Shown in pieces: positions 63,103-64,000 of a DNA stretch of 64,000 nt (the stretch's first letter is position 1; the number at the start of each line of letters is the position of its first letter). The notes under the pieces are model-generated. The model saw only the letters and a program-made list of their open reading frames with translations. It was not told where the DNA came from and did not search any database. The stretch is from Syntrophales bacterium (GTDB lineage: Bacteria; Desulfobacterota; Syntrophia; Syntrophales; UBA4778): NCBI GenBank assembly GCA_963665615.2, contig CAXXQE010000008.1, forward strand, positions 620,001-684,000. Reading direction: 5' to 3'. Made by a program: the position numbers and the translations under genes.

Positions 63103-64000
63103 CTATTTCAGCGTTAGCCTCTGTCTCAAAAAAGTGAAGCGATCCTGGGTCTTTTCATTCCGGACGGCAATGGCCAGGGCCTTCCGGGACCCCACGATCA
63201 CGACCAGATCGCGCCCCCGGGTCACGGCCGTGTAGATCAGGTTGCGCTGGAGCATGATGTAGTGGCTGGTCAGGAGGGGCAGGATGACGACCGGATACTC
63301 GGAGCCCTGCGCCTTGTGGACGGAAACGGCATAGGCCAGCGCCAGGTCGTCCAGGTCGTCGAAGGGGTAGGGGATTTCGCGACCGTCGAAGGTCGCCACC
63401 AGATTCTGCGCCTCCCGGTCGATGCGGGTGATCCGGCCGATGTCGCCGTTGTAGATGTCCTTGTCGTAATCGTTGCGGATCTGCATGATCTTGTCGTGCA
63501 GGCGGAAGGTCCGGCCTCCCCGGCCGATCTCCTGTTTGGTGCTGGGATTGAGCGTCTGCTGCAGCACCTGATTCAGGTGGACGGTGCCGAGCTCCCCCTT
63601 GTTCATGGGGCTGATAACCTGGATATCCTCGACGGGACGGACGCCGAAGCGATCGGGAATCCGGCGGGTCACCAACTCCAGGCACGTCTGCAGGACCCCC
63701 TGCGGGTCTTCGCGTTCGATGATATAGAAGTCCCTCGGCGTCGTCCGGTCCGTTCCTTCCCTTGAAGCGGAGGACACGGGCAGGGCGCCGCTCAAGATCC
63801 GGTGGGCGTTCATGATGATGGCGCTTTCACGGGCCTGACGGAAGACCTCGTCGAGTTTGACGACGGGAACCACGCCGGAAGCGATGATGTCGCGCAGGAC
63901 GTTGCCCGGCCCGACGGAGGGAAGCTGATGGATATCTCCCACCAGGACCAGCCGGATGTCCTCGGGAAGTGCGGCCAGCAGGTTCTTCATCAGGACGATG
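63103..64000 (-). CDS. recD2: RecD2-like SF1 helicase (partial, C-terminal)
   Basis: [44 protein letters not shown]. Confidence 0.92.
   Translation of the reverse strand, partial: IVLMKNLLAALPEDIRLVLVGDIHQLPSVGPGNVLRDIIASGVVPVVKLDEVFRQARESAIIMNAHRILSGALPVSSASREGTDRTTPRDFYIIEREDPQGVLQTCLELVTRRIPDRFGVRPVEDIQVISPMNKGELGTVHLNQVLQQTLNPSTKQEIGRGGRTFRLHDKIMQIRNDYDKDIYNGDIGRITRIDREAQNLVATFDGREIPYPFDDLDDLALAYAVSVHKAQGSEYPVVILPLLTSHYIMLQRNLIYTAVTRGRDLVVIVGSRKALAIAVRNEKTQDRFTFLRQRLTLK

Overview
GC-rich window from an anaerobic Gram-negative bacterium; the gene content suggests Desulfobacterota/Syntrophales (inference). The first ~21 kb is one co-oriented minus-strand island. It holds two paralogous TonB-dependent receptors, TonB-ExbBD, a FecCD/BtuCDF-type ABC importer with two binding proteins, FmdE, a methyltransferase, an XRE/molybdate-PBP regulator with paired operators, a Sec-exported molybdopterin-binding-fold protein, divergent CcsA/ResB genes, a radical SAM enzyme, two phosphoesterase-like genes and an NAD-dependent aldehyde dehydrogenase. 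The island carries two copies of the Moco RNA motif in the P3-lacking (tungsten-associated) form. My best hypothesis is a riboswitch-controlled uptake/salvage system for Mo/W cofactor or a metal chelate, with a metal-free backup enzyme. The rest is mostly housekeeping: RlmD-like, DEAD helicase with an apparent AUU start, lemA operon, an NrdD paralog lacking catalytic cysteines, gmhA-grpE-dnaK-surE, Rh50, a MarR-FUSC efflux operon, lipA-gcvPB-PA-H-T and recD2. MITE/REP-like palindromes, heptamer repeats and a few AT-rich inserted genes are scattered through it. Frameshifts cluster at ~17.9-21.7 kb and may be assembly errors. All assignments come from motif recognition by eye; no searches were run.
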